Shown piece by piece: positions 38,055-52,276 of a stretch of 64,000 bases of DNA. The DNA comes from the human T2T-CHM13v2.0 reference genome, Homo sapiens. Position numbers and translations under genes: made by a program. Position 1 is the stretch's first letter. Every line of letters starts with the position of its first letter. The DNA is taken from NCBI RefSeq assembly GCF_009914755.1, contig NC_060927.1; one strand, written 5' to 3'. The notes below the pieces were generated by a model that did not search any database, was not told where the DNA came from, and was given only the letters and a program-made list of their open reading frames with translations.

Positions 38055-39488
38055 CAGAGTAAGAAGTTAAGAAAATTATTTTAAAATACATGTGGTTGCT
38101 AGAATTTAAAATATTCATCACCAGTTTGTATGGAGACAGGAAAATGTTGTGTCTTGAGTCAATTTTTATTAAGTTTTGTGCAAAAACATCTCATTTTCTT
38201 GGTTTTATAATTAGATAAAATATTCAAGGGCACAAAAATATTACTTAAAGGAGGAGGCGGCTTAAGAAGTAAGCCAATATATATTATATTTTCCTAGGAT
38301 AATTTTCTGTAGGAAATTAGATTAGATGAGAAAAATAAAATTTCAGATTTCACTTGGCATTTTGTAACCCTGCTTACACAAAAGGTTAAAAACAAACAAA
38401 AATTTTACTTATCTCTTTTTATTGCACATACTTTCTCTGGTAAATTCTATGCCAGATGTAGGAAGCAAATTATTAAAAATACAACTTCCAGCAAATAAAG
38501 AGGCAATTATTGCTATACTGTTTTAATATAAAATCTGAGATAACTTTTCAATGAAAAATATTTATCATTTTTATATCTATTTCCTCATCTTCCTCTTTTT
38601 CTTTATTATTATTATGGTATTATCGCTGTAATTCATAGAAATGACACATTGCTAAATGGCAGTGAACACTGAACAAAGGTAAGACAAAATTAATTTATGC
38701 AGGAAAATGAGCTAGAAAAGCAGAAAGATCCTTTTCTACATAGTAAATACATTATTTGTAGAAATCATTTTTACTTGCTAAGTATTTCCAGGCATGCAAA
38801 TAACTGTTATTCTCAACTGTCTTTTCTATGTCTTGGCCAAAGTAAACCACAAAGGACAAGCAGCTCAGAGATTAGCGAATGCGTCTCAGCTGTCCTAGAA
38901 AAGTGCTGTCAGCAAGTCTGAAGAGTTTCCCAGAAGCCCTGAAAGGACGCAATAGCATCATTTAGCAGAAAGAAACAGCCCTGGATTAATGTTCTTTTGG
39001 GATTCATCTTCTGGCTTTGTGATTTTGGGCAAGTTACTTATCTTCCTCCATTTATTCACATATATAATGAGAGGAGTAGTACCTACCTTACAAACTTTTC
39101 TGTGAGAAGCAAAAAAAATAAAAATAAAAAATAAAAAATAAAATTGTTAAATATTTGCTATGTGTAAAATGCTTATTCCTTTAAAGTTTTCATGTCAGTT
39201 AAAACATGTTATTGGCTTGAATCCTGACTCAAGAACGGAAATAGTAATTGTGTCTGCCATTCAGGGTGACACAGTTATTTCCACTGGTTCAGGGTGGTGG
39301 GGTGGGAGCTACTAGATAGAACAGGTGGGGCAATTCTTGATACATTTTCGTGTTTTTTGTTACTACTAATCCACCAACTCTTGTTTTCACTCAGAAGCAG
39401 ATAAAATGGACATATTTATTATAGACTGAAAAATGATAAATGAGATTAATTTTAAAAATAAAATGAAAAGGAGAATAATTGTTTATAA

Positions 39489-39538
39489 ATGTATGATTTA
39501 TAAGTTCTGAATGTATAATTTATAAGTTCTGCATGTAT
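39489..39538. repeat. 22-bp tandem duplication ATGTAT(G/A)ATTTATAAGTTCTG(A/C)
   Basis: Read directly, about 2.3 copies. Confidence 0.8.
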
Positions 39539-40513
39539 GCATAATAAAATCATTTAAATTACAGGAGTATTAACTGAGTGAAGTAATTCTGATCATTTAG
39601 ATTTATGTGTTCCTTGGACAGTCTTAAATGAAAACAAAACGTGATGGCTTTAGAGAATTTGACTTTGACTGGAAATGTTTTTAATTGGAGAGTATTTTGC
39701 ATTAGCTGATGGAGTTAATTTCCCTAAGATCTTCAATAACTTGTGCATGTAGCACTAGCTAGTTGGAATCTGAGAATTCAGGGACATTCTTTATTATCTT
39801 AAGTAAAAAAATTGTGTTTGATGATATATGTAAAATATGCAAGCTCATATACTCTTTAAGATGGGATGAAAAAGAATAGTTCTATTGTACATTAGAATAA
39901 CTGGGTTTTCTGATATAGTACTTCCCAGATGTTAGCAGCTGCAATGAAGATAACAAAATCAAGCACAATAAAGTATTTCTTGGGTCAAGTTGGAGAAACA
40001 CAAGATTAATCAAAACTCTAAAATGATGCTTTCATTGCAGCATTTCTCAGAATCTTTACTATACCAAGGTGTATTGAGAATCTTTAAGGATGTTGGCAAT
40101 ATGTTCGCTGTGTTTTCTAATATTTGATCATCAAATCATTTTCTTAAGACGTTATTGTTAGGAATATATTTTGGAAAGTACTGGGTTGGAAGATCACTAT
40201 GTTTTCTTGTCTTCATTTTTTAAATTAGGGAAAACAAAATTCATACAAATTCTAAGATGGCATATGAGTTTAGAATTTTCCACCACATATTCACCTTGTT
40301 TGATCAATTCTATTGGGGGCATTCTTGTATAGCTACCTTACAATGCAATTTCTAATGATAAGAGATTGTGGCTCCTGGCTTTTCTCTTTCTTCCTTCTAG
40401 CATTTTAAAAGTGTGGTTATCCCATATGTTAGGTCCAGAAAAATGTTGTGTTTTCCTCTGAGAATATCTGATCTTGATAATGGAGAACTAGACCAAAGTG
40501 GCATCTGGGATTT

Positions 40514-40857
40514 TTAAAAAAACTTTATTATACTTTAAGCTCTGGGGTACATGTGCAGAACATGCAGGTTTGTTACATAGGTATACACGTGCCATGGTGA
40601 TTTGCTGCACTCATTAACCTGTCATCTATATTAGGTATTTCTCCTAATGCTATCCCTCCCCCTGTCTCCCACCCCTGGACAGGCCCTGGTGTGTGATGTT
40701 CCCCTCCCTGTGTCCATGTGTTCTCATTGTTCAACTTCCACTTATGAGTGAGAACATGCAGTGTTTGGTTTTCTGTTCTTGTGTTAGTTTGCCGAGAATG
40801 ATGGTTTCCAACTTTACCCATGTCCCTGCAAAGGACATAAAATCATCTTTTTTTATG
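40514..40857 (-). mobile_element. L1PA7-like 3' end
   Basis: TTATTATACTTTAAGCTCTGGGGTACATGTGCAGAAC; TSD GGCATCTG(G/A)GATTT at 40500-40513 and 40858-40871. Confidence 0.95.
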
Positions 40858-41104
40858 GGCATCTGAGATTTAAAGCATGAAGACAAAGAGAAGACACTCT
40901 AAATGAGTCAATTTCCACAAGAACTATCTTGGAACTTTGAAATACAATTTTAGAGACAGAATTTTAGAGACATCAATAAAATTGAGTCTGTAGTAAGTGA
41001 TAATTATTATCATGTGTTCTATTCATCGTGTCCCAGGAAGTAGGGAAACAATAGAAAAAGAAAATCTCAGTTGAGAATTATGTTTTTGTTCTTTGTTGTT
41101 TTTG

Positions 41105-41250
41105 TTTTTCAACATTGATGCTACTGTCATTTTGGACCAGATAATTCTTTGTTGTGAAGGACTGTCCTGTGCACTGTAGTGTTTAGCCACATCCCTAGCC
41201 TGTACCCTCACCAGTATGGGGGCAAAACCACCCTGCATTGAGAATTATTG
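41105..41250. mobile_element. MER20 with internal deletion
   Basis: CATTTTGGACCAGATAATTCTTTGTTGTG...GTCCTGTGCACTGTAG...GGGGGCAAAA...TTGAGAA. Confidence 0.85.
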
Positions 41251-43099
41251 ATCTAATCCTTTCCTATAATATTTTCTCCCTTTGGCACTCAAAGATGAGT
41301 ATAGAAAATTCAAGGGCATTGTATTATGTATGTTCATGTGATTATACAATAAAACTACAAATAATTTCAGGAAGAATAACAATTGTGTAGTGGGTTTTTA
41401 AAATCATTTTTCTGAGTCTCAGTCTAGAAGTATGGGATCACTTTCTAATCTCCTATTAGCTGACCTAGCTGACTTACTTTTTTATCCTTGTGCCCTGACT
41501 GATTGTCATTTCTATTTAAAAGGATATTAGCAAAACTTTCACTTTTGCCTTAAAATGTTTAAGAAGAAAATTATTAAAACCGTGATTTAGAATTTCTCCT
41601 GGTTGGTATAATCTTTCAGGTATCAACAAACACTATTTTTTTAAATAAAACAAGTAGTTGCCAAATACGTTGTTTAAAACTATAAGCTAAATTGAAGGGG
41701 ATGGCATACAATCCCCCATCTATTTATATTTTGACATTCTGTTGGGCTATACATTTTACACTTATCTCTCTCTCTCTGTCTCTTTCTCTCTCTCTCTCTC
41801 AATAGTTTCTTTTTATTTAAAAAATATTTGAGACTGTTACAAAACTAGGAATGAGGCAGTTTCTGATAGGTTAGAAAACATTGTCTGAAAATAAGCTGCT
41901 TGTTTACTGGTGCAATCAAGAGTAAAAATGTGAATTACAAGATTGTTATTTTAATTTTTTTTCCATTTTTAGTCTCCAGGACTGAATATTCACTTCTAGA
42001 AAGGAACATGGTAAAAATTTAAAATTTGTATCAACTTCTACTAGATTTGAGTAACTCCTTAAAGGGGAAAATAAATAAATAAATAAAAAGATAAAGCTTG
42101 TTTATTCTGATAACCAATTAGATTGTCAAAGCATAATCCATGATGTACTTGGAATAATTTAACATTCTGACATAATATCTTCTCTACAAGAAATGTCCAA
42201 ATACATGTTTTCTAATTTAAAATACTCTAATTACAGAATAGGTAGAAGTGTGAGCCCTAAAGAAATCTATATCTTAGTTTAATAGCCAGAATATTATTTT
42301 CTTTTTGTTTTCCAAAGTTTTTTTTTGTGTACAGAGTTTAATATGAAATACATTCACCACCCAGTGTTCTTAGTGCTTATAATAGTATTGAATAATAAAA
42401 AGCTTAAAGTCCATTTTAAAATTTTACATATGATTACATTTAAGTTAATCTTCTTTATTTGTTTTCGTTTTATAAAAAGGTACTCTGCTACTTCTGTCAG
42501 ATTACATTAGAGGATTTAGGTGACATTCTTGTACCAGGGAAACTACAAACACTTCTACAGGCTATGTATTTATATAGCCACAATAGGCATAATCCTATTT
42601 TTATGAAGAACAAACATAATTGACTTAAAATAAAAATACCTTCCTGAAATCACCTATTCTATTCCATTTTGTCCAATTTTTAAAAAATATCCTAAAAGCT
42701 TGATTCAAAAATTTAAATCAGATAAATAAGCACAATCCCTTGCCAAAGGTCAAAAAGATTGCCGTAAAAATCCAAACAGAATATCAATTGGGACCTGACA
42801 AAGCAAAAGAAGTAGACGATTCAAATGAATTTCTTTTTGAATACACATTTGCTCATCTTTGCTCAAGGGTCAAAAACTGAGAATTATTCTGGAATAGAAA
42901 TGGTGACTATATGACCTGTTGTTTAAAGTGTGTTTCTAAACTGGCTTATAATTACCAAATTAATCTTGGAATATATTAAAAACCTATTTGCACAAACTAT
43001 GTACAAGTGAAAAAGGGAGCAGAGCACTTTACCTGTATTGATACAAAGGACTGCATAACAAGTATTTGTTTTTGTAGCTATTGTGGCTTTGGGAACAAA

Positions 43100-44300
43100 T
43101 AAATAAAAACAGCGGGAAACACAAATATGGAGTCAGTGCAACTGGAGGTTGTCAGGGAGCAGTATGGTGGCTTTAGGAGCTGAATTCTGCTTGAAATAAG
43201 CTTTGTCTCAGTATGCGTAAGAGGCTTTGGCGCTCTATCAGACCTCTAGGGCAACCGCTCAGCAGGACAGGGATTAACCGGTGGTTTACTATAGTCTGTG
43301 CTTCCCAATTCATAGTAAACTTGCCTCCTTGTCATACTCTTACATTAACTCACTAGGTACTAACTTTTCCATCTATCTATCTATATATTTTTTTTCTAGG
43401 AATTTAGACCTTTTGGCAAAAATAGAGTAGCAGATGTTAATTCAGAATCTAAAAAGTAAGTTAATAAACATAATTGAGAAGACACCAAACGTTTGACATC
43501 TATAGATAGCAAAAAAGAATAACGATGGGTAATTTTGCAAGCCGAGTTATTCCCATTTTCTGAAATTGATGTTTCCTTTTTATCGGTGGCCCTACCGAAA
43601 ATGTCCTAAGCACAAATTGCTGTATTTTAATATAACTGCTATTCACTCAAAGTTCCAAATATATTTCTATTCTAACAATGCGATGCTTTTTCTTTTCTTT
43701 TCTTTTCTTTTCTTTCTTGAGGCTTGACAGGGTTAATTCCATTTAGCTGTGGGAAGACTATGCTGTGGTGGAAACCCCATGGTTATTCCAAGCGCATGAC
43801 CATCAAAGAGCCAGATTAGCTGAACGAGGAGCGAAAGGAAACTGTGCACTTCCTGTCTCTTAATAAAGCTAAGATTACAGAAGTATTTAATAACCATTGT
43901 GGGTTTTAATAGGAAATTGTAAGAACACTTTTGGTAATTCACTCAATCTATAGTTACCCTTGAAGACTGTTTTTGTTTAAGCTAGTTTAAATATCTAAAA
44001 AGTGTTGTAAAATCAGGATCGTATTACGCATAGGACTGCTAAGTAATCAACTATAAAGACATTAGAAGTTCTTTTTGGATATCTCATTTGCATGGAGAAG
44101 AGTGAGTTGCACCACGGCTAACGAAAACAACAGCAATTGTTTTATAAGCATTGTGAAGGCAATAAAATGTGGATTCCTTATGTAGGTCCAAATGTAGCAG
44201 CTGGATTTGGCTTTATGAACCATGAAAAATAGTTCCCATCTGGAAGTTGATGTTGAGTAAAGATGCAACAGTAAGACAGCATTTTACATGAAACATTTTA
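43100..44300. promoter_or_regulatory. Candidate enhancer block (CpG-retaining; TCF/ETS/RUNX/FOX/octamer motifs)
   Basis: 18 CpGs counted in ~1 kb of unique AT-rich DNA; CATCAAAG, ACTTCCTG, TGTGGT, GTAAAC and ATTTGCAT motifs. Confidence 0.4.
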
Positions 44301-45575
44301 TACATGTCTAGCCCAATCATTGGTACTTTCTGGTTCTAAAAGGAAAATAATAATTGAGGGTCAGTGTGTTTAATATTAAATACCCAAAGTGTTCTTAATC
44401 CTAGTGTGGGTACTTATTTTGTGCATTGAAAACCAGCTAGGCAACACAAAATTATTTTTAAATTTTATTAATAAATAATTAGCACTGAGTAGTAATTATA
44501 CAATTACAGACATAGTTACTCATAGTTACTTATTCTCAAGTTAAACATTCCATTGGTAATGGTGATAAATTATTTACTGAAAGACATATGCTAACATGTG
44601 CAATACACTTTGTCATTATGCAGCATATTACAAAATATTAATTTTTTCTTTGTATTCTTTATCACGCCTCCCATATAACAAATATTTCACATGTAATGAA
44701 TGAAGTTACATATGAACTAGTCCTTCTGAGGTTATTTTACTATCACCCTGCTTACAGGGAGGCATATACTCAAATACGAAATAAACATATATCTGTAAAT
44801 CTAATTTTAGAAGATTTAGATAACGCTTTTCAACATATTTCAATCTCTCCCTGAATGTATTATGTAAATTGGTGAAAATTATTGTGTAGTGCCAACTTTT
44901 TTAGTATATGTTTTGCATTTAGCAAGAGAAGACATAATTTGCCCCCCTTTTGCAATTCTGGCCATATTAAAATTGAGAGGTTGAGCAGGTAATAAGAAGG
45001 TTGACAGTATTTATAGGCTGTAATGGACATTGCATCACTTGATAAAGGTTGATCCAAGTTTTAAAGATTTAAACTCAAAAAAGCTATTGTTTAGGTTTAT
45101 GCACATTGGTGTGTTATTTAAAACAGACAAAGATTTTAAGTTACTGGTCTTAGTTCTTTTCTTTTTTAAAAAACTTTAATTTTGAGTTACTAAATAATTA
45201 CAGATAAAACAAAGCCAGCTTTAGTATATCTGCAAATAAAAAAATTCTTTGTAGTATATTTTGAGGTACAGTGAAAATGAAATAAAGTAAGAAAGGATAG
45301 AGGCAAAATAAAAAGTATAAATCTATTAAAATTTATTATAATGACACCATTTATTAGATAATTTTTTTCTAAACTTTCGTTTTTTTCTTAAACACTTATT
45401 TCTAAATTTATCTGTCAGCAAGGAAGCTCAGATATTGAATTGTTATTATGTTTTAAAGTAATTTTTCTTCATGTGAAAATTCCACATTATGATTACCTTA
45501 TTCAAATATTTCATGTTTTCGCACTTGTTGTCTATCAGAATGAGTTGAGGGTGGAGAAGATAAAAAGTACCTCTA

Positions 45576-45887
45576 TTTATCTATTAATTTAATTAATTTA
45601 TTTATTTTGAGACGGAGTCTCGCTCTGTCACCAGGTTGGAGTGCAGTGGTGAGATCTCAGTTCACTACAACCTTCACCTCCCTGGTTGAAGTAATTCTCC
45701 TGCCTCAGCCTCCCGAGTAGCTGGGAGTACAGGCGCCTGCCACTGCACCCTGCTAATTTTTGTATTTTTAGTAGAGACGGGGTTTCACCATGTTTGCCAG
45801 GCTGGTCTCGATTTCTTGACCTCTTGATCCGTCCGCCTCCGCCTTCCAAAGTGCTGGGATTACAGGCGTAAGCCACCGCGCCCGGCC
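45576..45887 (-). mobile_element. Alu (AluSc-like)
   Basis: Reverse-complement Alu ending CCACCGCGCCCGGCC; (TTTA)-type tail. Confidence 0.96.
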
Positions 45888-46799
45888 GATGAAAAGTCTT
45901 TAGTATAGTGCGTAGTCTATAAAGGCTCAATAAGTAGTAGCAATTAAGACCGAATAATGAAGAATCTTTCTTTTGTAGTATAATTTTGTTTAGGATGTTT
46001 ATTGTTAATTATTATAAGAACAACAATGTTCAGAAAGTTAAAGAAATTTTAAAAAACCCAAACTAGATTAATAATTGGGATGTGTAATGTGTATTATGAA
46101 TTCTATCTATGTAAGGATAAAAAAACAAACTACCAGAGACTTTATACTATGTTTTATTTTGATAACTATTCAAAACACTGATTTGTTAGGTTGATTTTCA
46201 GCTTTTTGCTAAACAGAAAGCTTTACAGCTTAAAATTTGTAGAATACAAAATTGGATATCAGACTCCTTAAAATTGTATGATTAAAATATGAGGGATGAA
46301 TGAATATCAGTAGAAAAATATTCTTGGTTTTCAAATATAATTACGAATAAATTCTTTTTAAAAATGGAAAGAGAAAAATTCCTTCCCCATTTGTTTTCTT
46401 GTTTTTTAAAATTTTACTTTCCAGAATTTTATTACCTAAGCCTCTGCAGAGGTGGGCCAAATGTTTCATACTCAGTCTTTTCTCTCTAAACCAACCTTGA
46501 AGATGCAGCTAATATTGTACTATTCCATAAATAATACCATTTACTAATTCTTCCCCTACAAATCCTCTCATCTTTGGACTTGGAGAACTGGGATTACCTT
46601 AGAAATTCACTGAGTAATCATTCATATATGTATATATATACATACATACATACATATATGTGACATATGTGTAGTTTTATATTTGTATTTATGGTCTTCT
46701 ACTCCTTAGATAATCCATACAAGTATAATTGGCATCTCTAAGTACATTATACCTTTCTTAAAACCAAGCACTATATTTTAACAATTCGATAGCTCATAA

Positions 46800-47160
<361 letters not shown>

Positions 47161-47186
47161 TCTATATCCTTGATGAAACATTGCAT

Positions 47187-47340
47187 CAGTGATTTTTCCT
47201 CTTGATGGACATTTGGCAATGTTTGGAAACATTTTTGGTTTACACAATACTGGATGGAGTGGGGGCATTGAGGGTGGTGTTACTGGCATCGGGGGAAGAG
47301 GCCAGGGTTGCTACTAAACATTCTACAATGCACAGGACAC
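47187..47340. mobile_element. MER20 fragment
   Basis: GGACATTTGGCAATGTTTGGAAACATTTTTGG...TACTGGCATC...AGAGGCCAGGG...ACAATGCACAGGACA. Confidence 0.85.
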
Positions 47341-47400
47341 TTGTTTCCTTGCTGTACTCTTATGCGACCTCACTAGTGTTTTAATTTTGAATCTTTACAA

Positions 47401-47494
47401 TGGATAGTGCACCTTCAATGATTAGGAGAGACACAAGATGGAAATTTAGATTTCGTTACTTACAGGTCCTGGGCGGCACACAGCACACTTGGAA

Positions 47495-47577
<83 letters not shown>

Positions 47578-48003
47578 TTAGGGAGTGTGTGGAGAGACAG
47601 AGAAACCTGTGGGCCTACACCTTTATTGGGTCCGGGGCATTATCCAAACAGGTTTTCCACAGGGAGTTTTAATTGATAGGTTTGAAACAAGGAGGTACAA
47701 GTTTCAGGAGGTTCTGCCGTGACTGAAAAGCAGTCTCTATGGCATTTCTGCGTAGTCCATGCGGGGTGTGAGAATCAGCGGGACCACTCATGTAGGCTGC
47801 ATATAGTTGTTTCAAAGCGAGGTGATCACCAAGAGGAAGTTGCATAAGGCAGATATCTGCATCAAACACATTGAGAAACTGGGAGGAGGTATGGAATTGA
47901 AAACTGTGTCAAGGGTGACTGAGCCCTGCTTCTGTTATGAGAAAGTCCAAGTTATAGTGAAAGTGGGTGTCGAGACAACATAAAACTGTAAGAATTCACT
48001 ATA
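47401..48003 (-). mobile_element. ERVL solo LTR (MER74-like)
   Basis: Minus strand begins TATAGTGAATTCTTACAGTTTTATGTTG...GAAGCAGGGCTCAGTCACCCTTGACACAG and has an AATAAA (plus-strand TTTATT at ~47622). Confidence 0.8.
47496..47577. repeat. (AC)n(GA)n compound microsatellite inside the LTR
   Basis: Read directly. Confidence 0.97.
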
Positions 48004-49265
48004 ATTAGGCATTAACTTTTCCATCTATTTTTTGCTACTGAGATTTTAGGGGGTTTTTTTTGACAAAAAAAGAATCATGAAAAAGAGTAGATTCTAAGAC
48101 AAGAAACAATTATACAGGCAAAAGTTTTAATAATGCCACATTTAAGAAGCCCTGCATTACATCAAAGTCCATCATCACCCAGTTAAACAATAAAAATCCC
48201 AAAAGAAGTTTTGATGGGAAAACAGAACATCTTTATAAAAATCTTAATAATACAATTTTTGTCCAAAATTCTACTTAATTTCTCACTGAATGTAAATTGT
48301 AGGCACTTTTTCCTTATAAAAATTCTATTACCTTTTTTCCTTAAATATTTATTTAATGAGCATACTTATTATGCAGATTTTTAACTATTTTGCCAAGTAG
48401 TGTCTTTTCAGGTTTGAAAACAGACAGGTAGGAAGAAAAACACAATAGAAAACTCACAGAAATTATATATGTTTTCACTAGAAAACAAACCCCTGAAATT
48501 GATGCAATTCCTTAATTTTGCATATCTCAGAAACGTGATTTTAACATTTTATATTCAAATATTTTATCCACTTTTACTCCAGCCTGAGTTCTATACCTCT
48601 CTCTACAATATCTTATCTCCTTTACAAATACATAGCAAAAATTCCATTAAATTCAATTGCATTTTGCCAGCTATAACTTTCAGAAAGGCAAGTTCACTAT
48701 TTTTTTTTCTAAAGAATTACAACGTATCATGGGAAGGGAGTGTGAGGTCCATCTAAGGACAGTGGTTGGTTGAGATTTCAAAGTGTAGTTTTGAAGATAG
48801 CATATACTTTTTACTCATTTGGTTCTCAGGCCCAGTCATCCTGTCACCTCTTCCCTGCACTCTGAAACTTGTGCCAGAGTCTTGGGGAAAGGACCTGTCA
48901 CAAACCTTTGTCTTTCCAGCATAAGAAAGTCCCATTTGTTGTTTTTGTAACACAGTACAACATAAAATGGGATAAAGGGTTGTAATAATATTGACATCTT
49001 TGCGAATATTTGGTGTACTATATATTTTCAATATTTTAAGTTTTCTTTTAATTTGAGAATTTGAAACATTTGGAATCAACTTCTAAGTTCATTTTTAAAT
49101 ACCTTTCTACCTTAGTTTTTGAAATATCTTTTATACCACAATAAATACAGTTACAGAGAAATTTTAGTAATGGTAATTTCTTACCAAAAGCCAGGTATGA
49201 ATTCTATGCTGCTGTTTACATATTTACAAATATTCTCTTGCTCTCTAGAAATATTAATATGTTTT

Positions 49266-50350
49266 AATTTTTTTAATTTCTATTTTTCATGGGTACATAG
49301 TAAATATATTTATGGAATACATGTGAATTTTGATACAAGCATGCAATATGTAATACCCACTTCAGGGTAAATGGGGTATCTATTGCCTCAAACAGTTATC
49401 ATTTCTTCATGTAAGAACATTCCAATTCCACTCCTTCAGTTATTTAAAAATATGCAATAGATTATTGTTGAGTATAATCACCCTGTTGTGCTATGAAATA
49501 CTAGACGATATTTATTCTATCTAACTATGTTTTTGTACCCGTTAACCATCCCTCCCTCCAAACTACACTTCCTAGCCTCTGGGATGGGTATCAACCATCA
49601 TTCTACCCTCTATTGCCATGAGTTCAATTGTTTTAATTTTTAGCTCCCACAAATGCTGAAAGCATTTGAAATTTGTCTTTTTGTGCTGGCTTATTTCACT
49701 TACCATAATGACCTCCAGCTCCATCCATGTTGTTGCATATGAGAGGATCTCATTCTTTTTTATGGCTGACTAGTGCTCTACTGTGTACATGTATCACATT
49801 TTCTTTATCCATTCATCTGTTGATGAACACTTAGGTTGATTCCAAATCTTGGCTATTGTGAACAGTGCTGCAATAAACATGGGAGTGCAGATACCTCTTT
49901 GATATACTGATTTCCTTTCTTTTGGATATATACCTAGCAGTAGGATTGCTGAATCCTATGGTAGTTCTATTTTTGGTATTTTTGAGGAACCACCACATCG
50001 TTCTCCATGGTGGCTGTACTAATTTACATTCTCATCAACAGTATGCAAGGGTTCCCCTTTCTCTACATCCTTGTCAGCATTTGCTACTGCGTGTCTTTTT
50101 GATGCAAAGCACTGTAACTGGGGTGTTATGATAACTCATTGCAATTTCAATTTGCATTTCTCTGATGGTTAATCATCATTTGAGCATTTTTTCATATACC
50201 TTTTGGCCATTAGTTTGTCTTCTTTTGAGAAATGTCTCTTCGGATGTTTTGCCTATTTTAAAATTGGATTACTAGATATTTTCCTATTGAGATCTTTGAG
50301 CTCCTTATATATTCTGGTTATTAATCCCTTATCAGATGAATAGTTTGTAA
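49266..50350 (-). mobile_element. L1MA (L1MA2-4-like) 3' portion
   Basis: GGGTACATAGTA...CAGGGTAAATGGGGTATC 3'UTR plus ORF2 end; TSD AAATAT(T/G)AATATGTTTT at 49249-49265 and 50349-50365. Confidence 0.92.
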
Positions 50351-50365
50351 ATATGAATATGTTTT

Positions 50366-50430
50366 CATTTTATTTTATTCTTATTTTTGTGGGTACATAG
50401 TAACTATATATATTTATGGGGTACACAAGT
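50366..50430 (-). mobile_element. Short L1MA 3' terminus
   Basis: TTTTTGTGGGTACATAGTAACTATATATATTTATGGGGTACA. Confidence 0.75.
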
Positions 50431-51378
50431 GTTTTTAAATTGAAAACCAAACTCTGTAATAAACATGCTTTAAATTTCAATCTAATAGACTTAATCTATA
50501 TTGAGATAGCTACTGGTTATTAAGATATTGTGAAGAACAACAGCAACAAGATGAATTTTTATGTATCTTGTTCCATAATAGCATGTTTTCAAAAAATAAA
50601 TTTGTTTCTCTGAGAAGCAATTTTATGAGCCACCATACAAGAGGTGCATTTATTCAGACCCTAAACTTTTATAACAAATGTCACATCTATATCCAAAATT
50701 GTTTGCTATTCTTAGATGAACTTCATCATCTGTCTTGTTAATCCTTCTTTTTCTTCCAACTTTTTTTCAGGAATTCTTTATTTTTACAAAACACCCATTC
50801 ATACTTACTTAGAAAAATAAAATATTTAAAAAATTCTTTCAAATGATTTATTTCTCTCCTCTCCAGTTATAATTATATGTGTGCTATAAATGCACATTCG
50901 GTTGCCTTTAAAAACATTTGTCTTCACTTTGAGCTTACTCCAAAAAGGAATGATCAATGAATAACTGTAGGGGTGCTTTGAAGTATGGTAGCTATCACTT
51001 ATTATTATAGTTGGAAAATGCAGCTTTCTGTTAAATTATAAAAAGCAATCCCTTATTACTCATACACATGGAAATGACTCACTATTTTGCAAATCGTCTG
51101 TCTTACTCCTAGTAAATCTGGTTTGGCCTAGTCAAACAAAAATGCGAGTGCAGAAAAATAATGTGGATATCTTTAATATCCAATGGTAGTAGACCTGCTA
51201 TAGATGCAATAAACACAACTCCTTTAAGAAATTTAGACAAGCAAGTAGAGAAAAGATATAAGTAATCAACATGAAGCTAACTGCTAAGTTAAATTTCTTA
51301 CTGTTTTTATTACCAGTAGGAAGTTCCCACTGCCTAAATGATTTTTTTTAACATATATAGCTCTCCAGCCACATTATA

Positions 51379-51444
51379 AACTTCTAAGGGTAGGCATTGA
51401 ATTTCATTATTAACTCCTAAGGGTAGGCATTGAATTTCATTATT
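51379..51444. repeat. 33-bp tandem duplication (1 mismatch)
   Basis: AACT(T/C)CTAAGGGTAGGCATTGAATTTCATTATT x2. Confidence 0.95.
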
Positions 51445-51896
51445 TATGTCCCTGGAATGAAAGACCTATAAGTACATTCATTTTAATAATCAGAATACAA
51501 GAAAAATCTGTGGAAATATAGTAGTTTTGGATATTCATCAGTGAACTTTAAATAAAATTTAAAAGTTTTTCAAAGATACAGAGCAGTATGTAATTAAAAT
51601 AACAAATATGTATGTAGCAAACACATAGATGTAACAGATGTTGACATTTGGCCATATTTGCTATAAATCATTTTAAAAAGTAGTTAAAATTCCTTTTTTT
51701 TTTTAAACTTTATTTTCATCCTCTTCACCTCTCTTCCTCTCCAAAGGCAATCACTGTTCTCATATTGGTGTGTTTACTTGCTTCTTTCTTTCTTTTTTTT
51801 TTTTTTACATTTTAGGATGTAATCTATAAACAAAAGAGTATATTGTTTTCCATGCTTAAAAATGTACATAAATGGCATTAGACACAAAGAGTCCAA

Positions 51897-52276
51897 TGGC
51901 TCACACCGGGCACCATGTCTCACACCTGTAATCCCAAAACTTCGGAAGGCCAGGGCAAGCAGATTGCTTGAGCTCAGGAGTTTGCAACCAGCTTGGGCAA
52001 CATGGTGAAACATTGTCTCTACGAAAAAATACAAAAATTAGCTGGGCATGGTGGTGCACTCCTGTAGTCCCAGCTACTTGGGAGGCTCAGGTGGGAAGAT
52101 CACCTGAGCCCAGATAGGTTCAGGCTGCAGTGAGTCATAATAATGCCACTACACTTCAGCCTGGACAACAAAGTAAGACCTTGTCTCAAAAAATAAAATA
52201 AAATAAATAAAATAAAATAAAATAAAACAAAACAAAATAAAATAAAATAAAATAAAATAAAATAAAATAAAATAAA
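51897..52276 (+). mobile_element. Alu (AluJ-like) with (TAAAA)n tail, inside an L1ME relic
   Basis: Alu dimer; pentanucleotide tail at ~52190-52276. Confidence 0.95.

Noticed and set aside
40030-40185. Possible MER103/Charlie-type relic
   Set aside because: Too diverged to call confidently by eye.
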